This document shows positions 1 to 16,428 of a stretch of 48,700 bases of DNA, piece by piece. The notes under the pieces were generated by a model. It saw only the letters and a program-made list of their open reading frames with translations. It made no database searches and was not told where the DNA came from. The stretch's first letter is position 1, and every line of letters begins with the position of its first letter. The DNA comes from Chlorokybus atmophyticus. Its lineage: Eukaryota; Plantae; Mesostigma and Chlorokybus algae. The stretch is taken from contig RHPI01000330.1 in the NCBI GenBank assembly GCA_009103225.1, positions 30,719-79,418 on the forward strand. Direction: 5' to 3'. A program made the translations under genes and the position numbers.

Positions 1-13
1 GGGGGGCACTCAC

Positions 14-301
14 CATTGTCGCAGACGTCACAGTAGACGCAGCCCCTGCAAGCACGCTGCATGTCACATGCATGTCCACACACACAGGTGTAACCTGTCC
101 TTGTGAAAAAACATCACTCGTGCATTGATGTGTCTATGCAAGGCAAGAGTGAGGCGTTGCACAGGGACGCAGTACATAGGTCCGCTGGCTCTCAGCAAAG
201 CACTGAAGCACAGCTTACGTGACGGTAGCGTAAGTTGCGGTGGCAGGCACCGCCAGCGCCAGCAGCAGCGCCAGCGCCAGTAGCGTGGCCACCCTCGCCA
301 T
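14..301 (-). CDS. Secreted Pollen Ole e 1-like protein, paralog A (first two exons; gene continues beyond the left edge)
   Basis: Exon 1 301..219 encodes the signal peptide MARVATLLALALLLALAVPATATYATV(T), then donor GTAAGC. Exon 2 45..14 lies after TTGCAG, encodes GCVYCDVCDN and is followed by donor GTGAGT. VYCDxC is the Ole e 1 N-terminal motif. The 32-nt exon 2 is identical to that of the gene at 12335. Confidence 0.8.
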
Positions 302-486
302 GAGTGCTGATTGCAGGAAGACCACATACACACAGAGGTTAGTAGGCATGGCAATGCAGCAGCACCGGCCTTCTAATAAGGCTTGCCTACAGCATGTGCA
401 GCGACAAGACAACCCCTCACCTGCGCCGAGGCAGACACAACCGCCGCCGCCGCTGCCGCCGTGCAGACACGCGCTGTGCAGAACTG

Positions 487-663
487 CGGCAAACGTGACC
501 CTTTTGTAAGCAACACTGCGATCACATCAAAGCAAACTTTTCGCATGTTTAGTTTAAGGTGTACTAATCAACTTGGCTTAGCTGGTAGTGTCCCGGCCCA
601 TGCGACAACGTGTTACCGTCGTTTAGTCCCGCGGACTATGCCAGGCTGGTACTTTGCCATTTC
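487..663 (-). promoter_or_regulatory. Two upstream sequence islands shared with paralog B (putative core promoter and upstream element)
   Basis: Minus-strand 514..487 GTTGCTTACAAAAGGGTCACGTTTGCCG resembles 12076-12106 GTTGCTTGGATAAAAGGTCACGTTTTTGCCG. Minus-strand 663..616 GAAATGGCAAAGTACCAGCCTGGCAT..GCGG..AACGACG resembles 11964-12008. The order relative to the ATG is the same in both genes. Confidence 0.55.
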
Positions 664-3650
664 AGCGTGTCCCTGTTGCCTGCAATGCAAGGCATTGAAT
701 ATGCCTCTCACACGTAGGTGGAAACGGACACTTCCGCCACGAACCGACAGAAGCTACCGCTTTGCAGGGGTCACGGTTGCTTTTTCCATCTTGCAGTTTG
801 TTAAGTTCCGCAAATGTAATGGAACGTACAGCAATTTTGGCAACTTTTGGCTGGCACACAGCCAAGTCCTTCTCACGACCGGTTATCGCCTGACATTAAA
901 GCCACATTTGTGACACCCCTGCGGTACGAGTCGTTGGAAGGCCCTTCAACGCCGCTGTAGACTGCAGAGGGCGTCGGACAAATCTACGCCTCAACCGGCG
1001 GCATGTCCCTTTGCCAACATGATTGCGGTGGACAGTACGGCTAACTAGACCGCGCCGTGTGGCATAGCGCGCCGGCATGTGCATGGGGCACGCAGTGCGT
1101 GGCACGCACAGGGTACTTTGCAACAGACAGCACAAAACACTTGTGGTCATGTAGCTGTGCCATGCACTCACGATACTGCTGCCAGCAAATCCAATAAACC
1201 GGTGTCGATGTGTATACCGGTCATTGGATACAACATTGCATGTGATACATCTCGACACTGCAATTATCGTACAACTATTGTAAGCTAGTGTGCACTTTTT
1301 GAGATTGACTACAATGTTATAATTGCACTTGCGGAGTGACATCTTCAAGTTGAGGTTGGCAACTCTCCGTGTACATTTATTGACCAAGTAAGAATCAACA
1401 TTGCGTGCTCGATGTGCTAATAAGCCGGGTTGTGCATCTCGCGTAGCCGCAAATTGCGAGCACATTAATGAGTTGCATAGACGGAATCAGGTCGATGCAC
1501 GCATGACCATAACCACGTGACTCACGTTGCTAAAAGTGCATGGCTCGCAAGGACTTGCATAAAAAGAGAGTTGCGGGTGGGTAAGCAAACATACTTATAA
1601 ACACGCCTGCCGTTGCTGCCGCTTAACTACACGTTTAGCAACGACGACAACAACTTTTACAATGACGCAACATTTGATTATCGTACGAAGTTAAGAGCCT
1701 GAATCACGCGCAATCCGCCTCCTCTATAGTCAGACAGCTGATAAGCTGCAGACGTCATTAGCGAGACAGCAATCGAGTCAGTGAGGCCAAATGTGTTGTA
1801 TAAGTATCGTTAGGTAGGCACACTCCGGTTGACACACATATCGTCATCATCCATTTGAAAGGACAGGCTCAATTTTGGCTTTGTTATCATCAATTTGCAC
1901 GACAAACAGCTTCCGTTTTTGCGATATTGAACGTGAGGTACACCGTATACTATGCGCGTCAAGTGTAACGCAGCACATGACGCGCGACTTACGCATCTAC
2001 CAGCGTAACCCACGCACATCAGACGTAATTTATGAGTTACGCTATGGCCCCCACAAAGTCATGCGTGCGTAGGTGCGTGTAACGACTTGAGGGGGTGTGT
2101 ATAAGTGTGTACATAAGCCCCTTTTTGTTGCTGGAGGGGCTTCCACCCGTGTAACTCCTGTAGCTGTTGCAAAGCGCGTAACCCATAATTGCGTGCTTAC
2201 CAATAACAAGTAATGTTTTATTTTATTTTTGCAACACGTTGAAGAGGGATGCGTTGCAACGCGTCAACAGCGTCAAGGCTATGCTGATAATGTTGATGCA
2301 TGCTATGTGTCATATTATACAGTGTGCGAATTGACATACATGTGATGTAACATGAAGTTTGTGGAGCCTAACAACGTATTGTGGGTTATATTGTGAAGGG
2401 ATGTTGCATATTATATATAAAGAGATAGCCGCTCAAATCATGTCATCATCATCACGTTCCTAATAAATGCATGCCCTTTGAGTAATGAATAAGCACAACA
2501 CAAGCAGCGCTGCCTCATATACGGACAGGTGTGGTGCTTAACCAGTGTTCGTATTTTTTGATCTAAAGCTGCCTTGCCAAGGCTTGCTGACAGATTCTGT
2601 GCGACGAATGGACTGGTGGACTTTAACCAGGCCTACTGTAGGCGGCTACAATAGGCCCAAAGCCTACCGGTACCGCTCTACTAACAGCTGCTAATAGGGA
2701 CGCGCATGTGGACGCTGTCCACTGGTTGGCCGCTCCTCTTCAATAAACAGTTCGTGGCTTGCAAGTGACTCGCAACACATGTTGGCTAGCGTGACGCGTA
2801 TGCGTTGCTTATCACTCAAATCCGCTACGCGGCACATACGAAGAGAGAGATCCGAAGTCTATCGGTTCGCCAAGGCCTTCGCCGCCTTTGTCGCGTTGTG
2901 CCGCACAGTTAGCGAGTGGGCAGGTGCCGCCGTTTAACGTTTGTACGAAGCACGCAGCACACGCAACATCCTCAGTTACAAATCCTACTCACGATCATTC
3001 TTTAATGACAATGCACAACATGAAAGACCATGTATTATCCTTTCGTCATTGCACCACACCACTACAGCTAAGGACCTTACCTGGCCAGGCCAGGTAGGCA
3101 TTTTCGCTGCTAAAAGCGCCGTCAAATAGCGGATACTATGTTGAGCCAAGACCGCCGGCGCTATACCGCGCAAACAGATCTTCATTGTGCTATAAAACCT
3201 TGTTAAATCGCTTGTTTAACACAATCATGCAATTAACAAGCTAGCTGCCATCACAACATCAACATTGGCACAATTTAGCTAGTTGGTCTTAAGCTCTTTC
3301 GATCATAAACCCCGGCCTTATCCGCTTAACACGGTGTATTATTGATTGTTGACTGAGTGTCGCATGTTGAGCAACACCAAAAGTGCGGCGGCTACACATG
3401 TCTGTATGTGTACACTGTTGCATATCACAATTGTAGTAGGCCGGTCCTCTCCAACATTTTCATCAACTGCCCTCAAAAGTCGAAGTTCATTCTCATTATT
3501 ATTGTAGCATTGGCGCTTTAACCACTAGGCTACGGCAGCAAAAGTCGCTGCCATAGGGGGAGACCTCATATATGACCCATATCATATATGTGACACTTAC
3601 AAATTCATTTTCTTCAAGAGCTATGCTTGGTTTTATAATTATCAAGTTTA

Positions 3651-4765
3651 ATCGTCGCAAAATGTTCCCCTGTCGACCGACAAACTATTGGCAACGGCCG
3701 TGCACCTGAGGCTACCCATTTGGACAGTCGTGGCTCAGTCCACCTGTAATCTCGATACAGGGACCTGAGTATAACGGCCGTCACCATCACTCGGCGCTCG
3801 TCTGCATAAAGTGATTGAGTAACAGTCAAGGCCAAATTTCGTGATTTTCATGGCCATTTTAGGCCTTATTGGTGAGTTACCATGTTTTTCATGACTTGTG
3901 GCGGATATCGGCGAGTTGCGATTCTGCCGCAGATATCGACCGGCTCACGACCAATCTGGAAGTCGCCAAAAAACGGAGACCCCTGGTGGGGCCAGTCGGG
4001 AAGGGCCTGGCGCCAAGTAGTATAACTTGACCATATGAGCAGCAAATGAGGAGAGCGGAAAGGTCTAGAAGTGTACAAGATTCTACAAGAATATCTTAGC
4101 TTCTTGTTCCGTCTAGCGCTATAATTGTATAGACAGTAGCATGTGCAGACTGGTAGGTACAAAAGTGACCTTCTACAATTTGCAATACAACTTTTAGCTC
4201 CCTAGTTTTTTGTGTGCAAGCTTGGTGGTGGTTAGCAGGGGTTGCTAGCGAGTGTCCACTGGTGTGTGCTTGCTTGTGTAACGATCCAAGGCGCTACACA
4301 AGTTGGTGTGTAGCTTCGAGCGCATACGCGTGCGTACGCGAGTGGCGGGGCGCACGTGTGTGCTTGGCAGAGGGGGCAAGGTTCCGGTGTGAATACTGTG
4401 TCTTGGTGAGAGGGTTGTTGATTGGACCAACTCACAGGTGACAAGGCACGAGCACCGTCACAGACTGACCCCAACTGATAGGTATCTGAAAGTTACCTGT
4501 CAGTCACGATAAGGCGACTTTGCCCAACTGACAAGTACCTAACCGTTACCTAACAGTTAGGTACCGGCAAATGTACGCTAATTCAGCAAAATGGTCAGGT
4601 ACTTTCAGGTACATTCAAGATACCAGCCGTTAGTGATGTGTACCTTTGCAGGTATCTGTTGGTACCGCTCAGTCATAATTCGGTGGCGTGCATGATTATC
4701 GTCGCAAGAATGTGCATGAAAAATATTAAACAAGAAACTACAACGTAAATTACACTAAGCTACTG

Positions 4766-4798
<33 letters not shown>

Positions 4799-5779
4799 TT
4801 CTTGTACTAAGCTGCCGCTCTTGCACCGCCCGCTCCAGCTCCGCCGCCGCTGTTCCTCCTCCTCCGCCGGCGCTGGAAAGCACAAGGCAATCAAGGCAAT
4901 CAAATAAGCGTTGTGAACATACACAACATACACACTCACGTGCTGCCGCTTGCCATGTACCGCCGCCGCCGCCTGGCCTGGTTTGGCCTAGCCTGGCCTG
5001 GCCTGGCTTAGTCAAGCCTAACCTGGCATGGCATGGCCGCCCTAAGACAAGAAGGGTGGTTAGGCTGCATGCAGTGCAATGCGTAGTGCAACGTTAGACA
5101 TCAAACTTACCTACTGTCCACCATTGTCGCCGCCGCCGCCGCCGCCATTACCGCCACCGCCGCCGCCGCACAATTGTCCTTGAAGCCGTTGAGCATTTAA
5201 ATAAATGCTCAACGGCTTTAGTTCAATTTCAATTTTTATGATACAATCGTACCAAAGAAAATGGTACGACGGCACCAGTATACTTTTTCGTAACGACTAC
5301 CATATTGGGTACTATGATGGAACTGTGATACCACTGTTGTACTCGCCGCCAACTCGTCCCTTTTGGGTGACTTGGTTGGGACTGAGTGGTTACTTGCTTG
5401 TCAATTAACGTTCGTCGCCGCCGCGGCTTGTGTACGGCCGGTGGTCGGCTGCGGTACAACCTTGACTCACCGGTATCATTCGTCGCCATTAGGGCCTGAA
5501 CATTCACCTAATTGTTACAATATGTAGGTTGCCGTTGCGTAAGCTGGATGGCCGGCGGTCGGCCGTCAGAATATGTAGATGTTGTGCCATCACTGATAGG
5601 CAACAATCCACTTTACTGTACGATAGACGGTCGGCTATTTTGTATTGTCCACAACATGCACCGGCAGTCCATTCAGTCCATTTATGGCTCAAGTCATTAA
5701 GTTCGTTAGAGTTAGATAGGGTCAGGCACCGGATAGTATCTCAGTCCCTGATCAGTCATCGTGTAAAATTTGCAACGAT
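3651..5779 (+). mobile_element. Older diverged copy of the internal region of the LTR element at 6282-8243; no recognisable LTRs; carries a ~670-bp extra segment
   Basis: Collinear similarity blocks: 3653-3784 with 6455-6590, 4462-4680 with 6606-6850, hairpin 5183-5218 with 7362-7387, and 5375-5775 with 7590-7980. No credible ORF. Confidence 0.7.
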
Positions 5780-6281
5780 ATACTTTTTCGTCACGGGTAT
5801 GCATACCGTATGGTGACCATGGCTATTGATATGGATAATATGGATATGGGTGACCTCGAACACCAATAGCTGCATGTCGGCACATGACACTGTTGCATTA
5901 GCCGTTGACGTCATAATTGTGCCAGCCAAAAACACTTCTCAAGTGTAAACCTGGCGCACACATTGATAGGCCTTCCCTCGGTGATGGAAAATTGCATCAA
6001 CAGTCCCTAAAGTGCACAGCAGCGACCATCAGCACTCTTCATTAAAGTTGAGGTTGGTTTTGCTTCCTCCTTCAATGCAAGTTTGTTATGCAAGCCCTTG
6101 CTTTTGATAGTGCATGCTGCATTAGTGTCAGGCATGCCCCCAATCTTATGGCCATGTACTCGTGCTTGAGCTCACGTTGCAGCAAAGTTTTTAAGCACAC
6201 CAGCGTTGCAATATACACAACCGCCTGCATTACTTCTTGTTATTTCTTTCTTCAAAAGCTTCATAAACATCACATCGTAAG

Positions 6282-8243
6282 TGTCACGATTTGGAATAAA
6301 TTGTGACAGACCTTACTCATGGTAGCGTCTTTTGCTACCACAGCCTAGTGGTCGGAGCCCACTTGTTACAATGGTATTAGAGCTTGACATCAGGTTCAAT
6401 TTCGGTAGGGGACTGAGGCAGATCCAAGGGCAAAAACCATTTGGGGCGGCTTGCCGTCGCAAAATGTTTTCCCTGCCGGCCGATTGAATACTGGTAACGA
6501 CCGTGCACCTGAGCGTACTCATTTGGACTGTCGTGGCTTAGTCCACCTGTAATCTCGATACGGAGACCTGAGTATGACGGCCGTCCCGGGCCGTTTACAC
6601 AAAGGGACTGACCTAGATGGACAGGTACCTGTCATGTACTTATCAGTCAAGCAAAAGAGACTTAATCTAACCAACCGGTACCTGTAAGATACCTATCAGT
6701 CAAGAAAAGGTGACTTAGCCTAACTAACAGGTATCTGACCGGTATTTATCAGTTAGGTACCGGCAACTTCATGGTAACTGTCCCTAATTGCCAGGTACCT
6801 AGTTATGACTAACGTTACCTTAGAGTACCGTTAGTGATGAGTAGGTATCGCGTTTGTGTGACATCGATCGACTGTGCAAGACGACAATTATATATGACAA
6901 CTTGATTACATCACAGTCATATACATGTCACCTACACAGTACAAGCCCACTATTAATATACTACGGTATACTACTACACTACTACGGTGGTAGTACCCAC
7001 TACACTACAGTCTGCCGCCGCTAAGTCTTGCTGCCGCTTGCCTGCTGCTTCCGCCCTCCTAGCCTGGCCGTCCTGAGGAAAGAGGAGCGGTCAGCTAGGG
7101 CGGCGCAACACATCATATACACACCACCACCACAACAACAACAGCGCACCTGCTAGCGGCCGCTGCCTAGCCTGGTGGCCGTCCTGCAACACGAAGGGTG
7201 GAAGGGCGGTCAGGCTGCGCTGCTACGCGCTACACGACAAGACATGCACAAGCACACAAGCACATACCTGCCGCCACCGCCGCAGCACAACGCTCAACCG
7301 CGCAAATCAACTAGCACAGTTGAGCGTTGTGTTGCGGCTTAGCGTTTGAATTCACAAGGGGGCCGGTGAGTTTGAAAACTCAACGGCTTCCCTTATGACA
7401 CCATCGTACCATTTCGATGGTACTTTTGTAAATCGTAATGATACAAAATTACCAATATAATGGTACTATTGTGATAGTGCTGCTGTACCATATCGATGGT
7501 ACGTTCGTACTATTGTTTTGAGACGAAACTTCCATCGTATCAAATATCGGTACTTGTCGCAACTCACCACCACCGCTTGTTTCTAAGTTGGGACTGATAA
7601 GTCACTTGCTTGCCATTTTTGATACATCACCGTCGCTAACTGCTATACGACCGGCTGTTAATGGTATTAACTATGTAAATATTCCGTATCATTTGTCGAA
7701 ATTAGGGGACTGATAGGTGAGAATTGCCATAACAGGTAGGTCGCCGCCGCGGGTGCTGTACGACCGGCGGTCGGCCGTCGACATATATTACAAGCAGGTC
7801 ATGACAGGCAGGCAGCAGTCCAATATATTATACGATAGGCCATTGGCCGTATATTGTTATCCACAATATTCACCGGCAGTTCAGTCAGTGCCTTTATGGC
7901 CCAAGGGTTGGGTACGGTCAGGTAGGGTCAGGCACTCCTCAGTCCCTCAGTCCCTGGTCAGTCACCGTGTAAAATTGGCGACGGCCCTATGGCCGCGTGA
8001 GCGGTCGCTCCGCGATAATAGATTGCGCGATGAGGATGGCCGCATTCAAAAGGCCGCGGGCGGACCAGTCGTGGTACGGCCGTCACCACGACGACGTGGG
8101 CTAGTATGTGCTTTATTGGATAATGGGGAACCCGTGGGTTACATTGGGGAGGAATGTCACGATTTGGGATAATTTGTGACAAACCTAACTCACGGTAGCG
8201 TCTTTTGCAACCATAGCCTAGTAGTTGGAGCCCACTTGTTACA
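6282..8243 (+). mobile_element. Non-autonomous LTR retroelement with very short LTRs (TRIM/LARD-like)
   Basis: 89-bp direct repeats 6282-6370 and 8155-8243, both TGTCAC...GTTACA, with 9 mismatches by my count. PBS-like TGGTATTAGAGC at 6372-6383 (tRNA-iMet consensus TGGTATCAGAGC). Polypurine tract GGGGAGGAA at 8146-8154 abuts the 3' LTR. The ~1.8-kb interior is non-coding. Flanks GTAAG/CTAGG are at best a degraded TSD. Confidence 0.8.
6606..6765 (+). repeat. Three degenerate 53-bp tandem units with internal dyad symmetry
   Basis: Units start at 6606, 6659 and 6712 (GACT...CAGGTACCTG...TACCTATCAGTCAAG..AAAAG). A related array lies at about 4462-4570. Confidence 0.75.
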
Positions 8244-9316
8244 CTAGGGGGCAATCTTGCATTACTTGAGTCATTCTCACAGCGGCTTTCGCAGTCAACG
8301 CTTCGGCCCTCCCATTTCTGTCGTGCACATGTGTCACGGTTGTGATATCTTGTAATACTCGTTCACCACTTCCACCATTACACTATCAACCTCATCATTG
8401 CACTCGTACTCTTCATCACTGAAGAAGTCAATTTGAATTGCAGGCTTTGATGCCTCATGCTTGGGCTGAGACATTATTGTACCATATGCTCCTCCTCCCC
8501 ACATGCAACATCTCATGGCAACTTGTGTTGTTACTCGTTTATAGCTTGTTGCAATGGGTGCCTCACCTCTTGCTCGCCACTCCACTTGAGTTGGTTGTAT
8601 AAGGCGCGAGTGGGCACATTTGCAACATTTTCTTCCAACAACTTCATCCTTGCAACAGTAAAGTCAATTGCTTGCTCAATCCCTCACTGAGGGATTGAGT
8701 AATAAGTCCCTTTTTTATCAATTTTTGTGTTGTGCATCCTTCTCTTGAAGTATATAGCCTCAATGTCCGCTCGCAGGTCGCGATACGTTGATGAAGCTAA
8801 TCGCCCTTCTGTGAAAAGTGCTTTAAGCCATTGGTGTAGCTATGCCATGGCGCACTAGTCTCCACGCCATTAGCATTCACAAGCTGCACAATATCCTGCT
8901 GCACATTTGCGCTATATGGGTGTCATATTTTGTTTCTCCAAATGGTTGCGCAGCCGTGACAACTCAGCAACTTCTCTCTGCGCAGCAACAAATGTAAGCT
9001 CCAAGAGTAGCGCGTCTCAATTAGGCCGCACGCACGTTGAGTCATAAGCAAGCCCAATGCTAGGACTATCAACTTGCCACATGCGCTGGTTAGCAACTTC
9101 GTGTGCACATTGCGCCTGAAACCAAAAGAACTTCGCAAATTGCTAAGCAAGCCATTGCGCTTCTTGCCGAGTACACATTCAATGCCAGCATGTGTATCCC
9201 ACACAAAGCCAAGAACACATGACGCGGCTGAGCACGGTTTGGGCCTTAGTGTTGGTTTGCAACCCGCACTATGCCGCATCCGCTTCACAGTCAGAGTGGA
9301 GGCATGCTCAGCCTTG

Positions 9317-9470
9317 GAGCGAGCAGTCAACAGACAAATTTTGATATATGGCGTTTAATGGATGCCTTATCTTTTCACGAACATGCGATAATAGAGCGAG
9401 CAGTCAACAGACAAATTTTGATATATGGCGTTTAATGGATGCCTTATCTTTTCACGAACATGCGATAATA
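9317..9470. repeat. Perfect 77-bp tandem duplication
   Basis: 9317-9393 and 9394-9470 are identical (GAGCGAGCAGTCAAC...ATGCGATAATA). Confidence 0.9.
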
Positions 9471-9559
9471 AACCTTGCATGAGATTGTCTTTCCTTTTAA
9501 TGCACTTGAAGATGACTCCCTCCCTTTCAACCTCTTAATACAATGATTATGGTCATCTG

Positions 9560-9870
9560 GTTGAGTGCGCACACTTTCATGCTTGCGTTGTTTTCTCTGC
9601 CTCAGCTTGGTTAACGGTATAACGGGATCGAACACATTGAATCTTGCTTTCAATGCTGTTGACAGCTCAAACCATGTTAACACAATGTGTTGATACCACC
9701 TTTAAGCCTGACGCATAAGATGCGTACTTGCCAACTACAAACTGATAACTGCATATCATTGATATGCATATGTGTCAGCCATCAACTCAACATGTCTGGT
9801 TCATGTTAGCACCTCCTCCTCCTCTCCTTTGTAAACCCCCCATTAAGGGAGTCCCTGAAATGACTTCATG
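9560..9870 (-). mobile_element. Decayed Ty3/gypsy-type gag (capsid) fragment
   Basis: Minus-strand translation across stops and frameshifts gives EEEEVLT*TRHVELMAD...LASTHLMRQA*RWYQHIVLTWFELSTALKARF...LTKLRQRKQRKHESVR. This matches the Retrotrans_gag pattern L.g.A..Wy....tW.el...l..rF....kL..lkQ..esV. Confidence 0.6.
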
Positions 9871-12334
9871 GAAGGGATTACCAACGTTATTATTCCCGCC
9901 ATGTTGTGGCCTCAATTCTTAGTATCCTCCACAGGTGGGACCACTCTGTCCGTAGAGGCCACCTCACTGTCAGAGCATCGAATACTTCGCAATGCGTCAG
10001 CAGCGTCAAGTGCTAGCGCTTCCTGTCCCGCTCGCGTACCACGAGCCGTGATCCACAACTACAACGCCCGATGCGAATTTTATGTACACAAACTTCAAGC
10101 TGTGTAAGGTACTCCAGCATGTGTCTGCATTTCATTTCAAACTGGCTTAGCCTTAAGTACTCGTCTTAAAATAGAGATAGGCCATTTCTTTCCAATGGCC
10201 ACCTCATCGCACATTGTTCTAAGCAACTTCACGTGTGCACTCATGTACTTGGTACAAGCACTCAGATCCGTGACTTATACGTGACATGCCCACTGACCAA
10301 CTTTGTGCAGCTGCACAGCAGTAATCTATACACTTCAATATAATTTAAGAATTCATGAGCTCAAGGATTGATTATATAACGGACCACATGGGTACGCACC
10401 TAAGTTGTTCGTTTACGGTATGTACTACATACATTGTTTACAAGTTTGGTTCGTATTATATGTACTACATATAATACGATGTAGTATCGCGACGGTACAC
10501 GCCTTGAGAGTTAAACTCCCATGCACTCATTCTGTCAATGTAGCAACCTTAGAATGATTATACTTTGCCTAGAAGGCGTGATAATGGGGTTCCACAACAG
10601 TTGATACGCGACATAAACTTGAGCTTGTTAAGCAAATTCTGGTAAGCACACATGGACACAAAGCCAAGCTAAGGTACAATACATTAATATTATAAAATGG
10701 TATCATTTTAGATAGAGGGGATGAACCAAGCATTGCACGACGCACTACGCAAACATAGTTCGTTGAAGTATGACTGAGATAAATATTTTGCACGGCTTGC
10801 TCCGCATTGAAGTCATTCAAGGCATCTGTCACACAACTCACTGTGCTAAGGGCCTTAGCACGATTAATTGTGAGCAATGCCTTGCATGAATACAAGCAGA
10901 GCATGTCGATTTTTACACGATAACCGTCACCCGCAGATATATATGGTTGCGGCCAATAAACCTTTCATTGCGCATTTATTTAAATACATAATACAAGGAC
11001 ATTGTTAATAACCAATGTGCATGCACTCATGTTTAAGCCATGCAAAGCTATGCATTGGAGTCGCATGTGCTCGGGCCAAATACATTTTTAATGATACATG
11101 TCGATGAGCATCGTTGCCTTTGTGAGGGTTTAAAAAGTTGAAAACACATGAATCTCAACATAACTACACCCCTGACAAGAGAGGATCCTTTGTTGTGCTC
11201 CATAGCACAGCCTGCTTAACTTCACATTTTAGCATACCCCATGTATCAAGTTTTCAACAACGAAAATGGGCTAGGAGGAGCATTGCAAACATACCGCACG
11301 CGCAATCATTGTGCTGGTATCATGATTGAACTCCATGTCGAATAAAGAAGCGGCATCCCAATTCAAGTATTTAAGATGTAAGAAGCTGATGCTTGATGGT
11401 GAGAGATAAGGCAGAGGTTTGCACATGTGTGATGCATCCCTTGAGCAGCTACCGCACGAATTTTGGCAACTCGTGGAGCGTGAGTATGCACAACATGGTA
11501 GACATCCATTTACCGTACTTTGTTCAGATCTGTACGGCGCTGATGTCGCGCTCATGACATAAATTACAGCGAACGGGCCAGCGACGAGAAGGTACCGTTA
11601 GTCAAACACCCGTCATGCGACATGGCTCGTGAGTCATGATGAGTCATGACTCCCGGCCAATAGTGCGGCGCGCTAGAGTTTGTACGACTTAGTGGAGTGC
11701 GGCTCTGTCCGGCTGCGTGTGCCAGCCAAAGAAACTGTTACAATGATAAACCCTCCAAAGACGGAGCATGTATCATATGTGCTTCGTTTCCGTCCACGAT
11801 GTCATGGTAAGCAACCGTGACCCCTACAAAGCGGAGTACAGTGTAGCTCGTCGCGTTGTAGGTACCTACAGGAGACTCGCAATTTGAGTCACAGTTGCCT
11901 TCATTCATGAGTGAGCATAGGCTATGTTGCATAGCAAATGGTTATAGGGTAGGCGTTGAGGCCGAAACGGCAAAGGCAGCAGCTGGCATTTGCGGCAGCT
12001 GAACGACGCGGACAACAGGCCAAAAGAATCAATCATGCACTGTTGAATTGTTATCGTTTTCTATATCGCTTGGGAGTTGCTTGGATAAAAGGTCACGTTT
12101 TTGCCGTCACAACCTGCGCGTGTTTGGTTGTGCACTAGGCAAGCCCCGCTTACCCGGCGGCTGCAAAGGTTGAGTTAGCGGCGGCATTGCAGGTGAGGGG
12201 GCTGCCGCCGCTACATATGTTCTTGTTGGACAAGCGGCTTAGCAGTTGGACTCTTGGTGCTTGTGTTAGCATGCTGATGCTCTGCTACGCTTGCTGACCT
12301 GTGTGTACGTGCGGTCGCTTTGCAGTCAGCAGAC

Positions 12335-16428
<4,094 letters not shown>

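Noticed and set aside
4765-5170. (CTA)n, (CCG)n and CCTGG runs giving Val/Gly-rich ORFs
   Set aside because: Low-complexity sequence within the non-coding element interior; no coding evidence.
6606-6765. Regularly spaced dyad repeats as a possible CRISPR array
   Set aside because: The units are degenerate tandem repeats with no unique spacers, there are no cas genes, and the context is eukaryotic.
11287-11319. Minus-strand QHNDCACGMF resembling the Ulp1/SENP catalytic motif QxNxxDCGMF
   Set aside because: No His-Trp catalytic motif upstream, flanked by stops, and the + strand offers an equally protein-like reading; may be chance.
11400-11540. Plus-strand MCDASLEQ..GRHPFTVLCSD resembling retroviral RNase H
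   Set aside because: The spacing between DAS and FTV is far too short for an RNase H domain.
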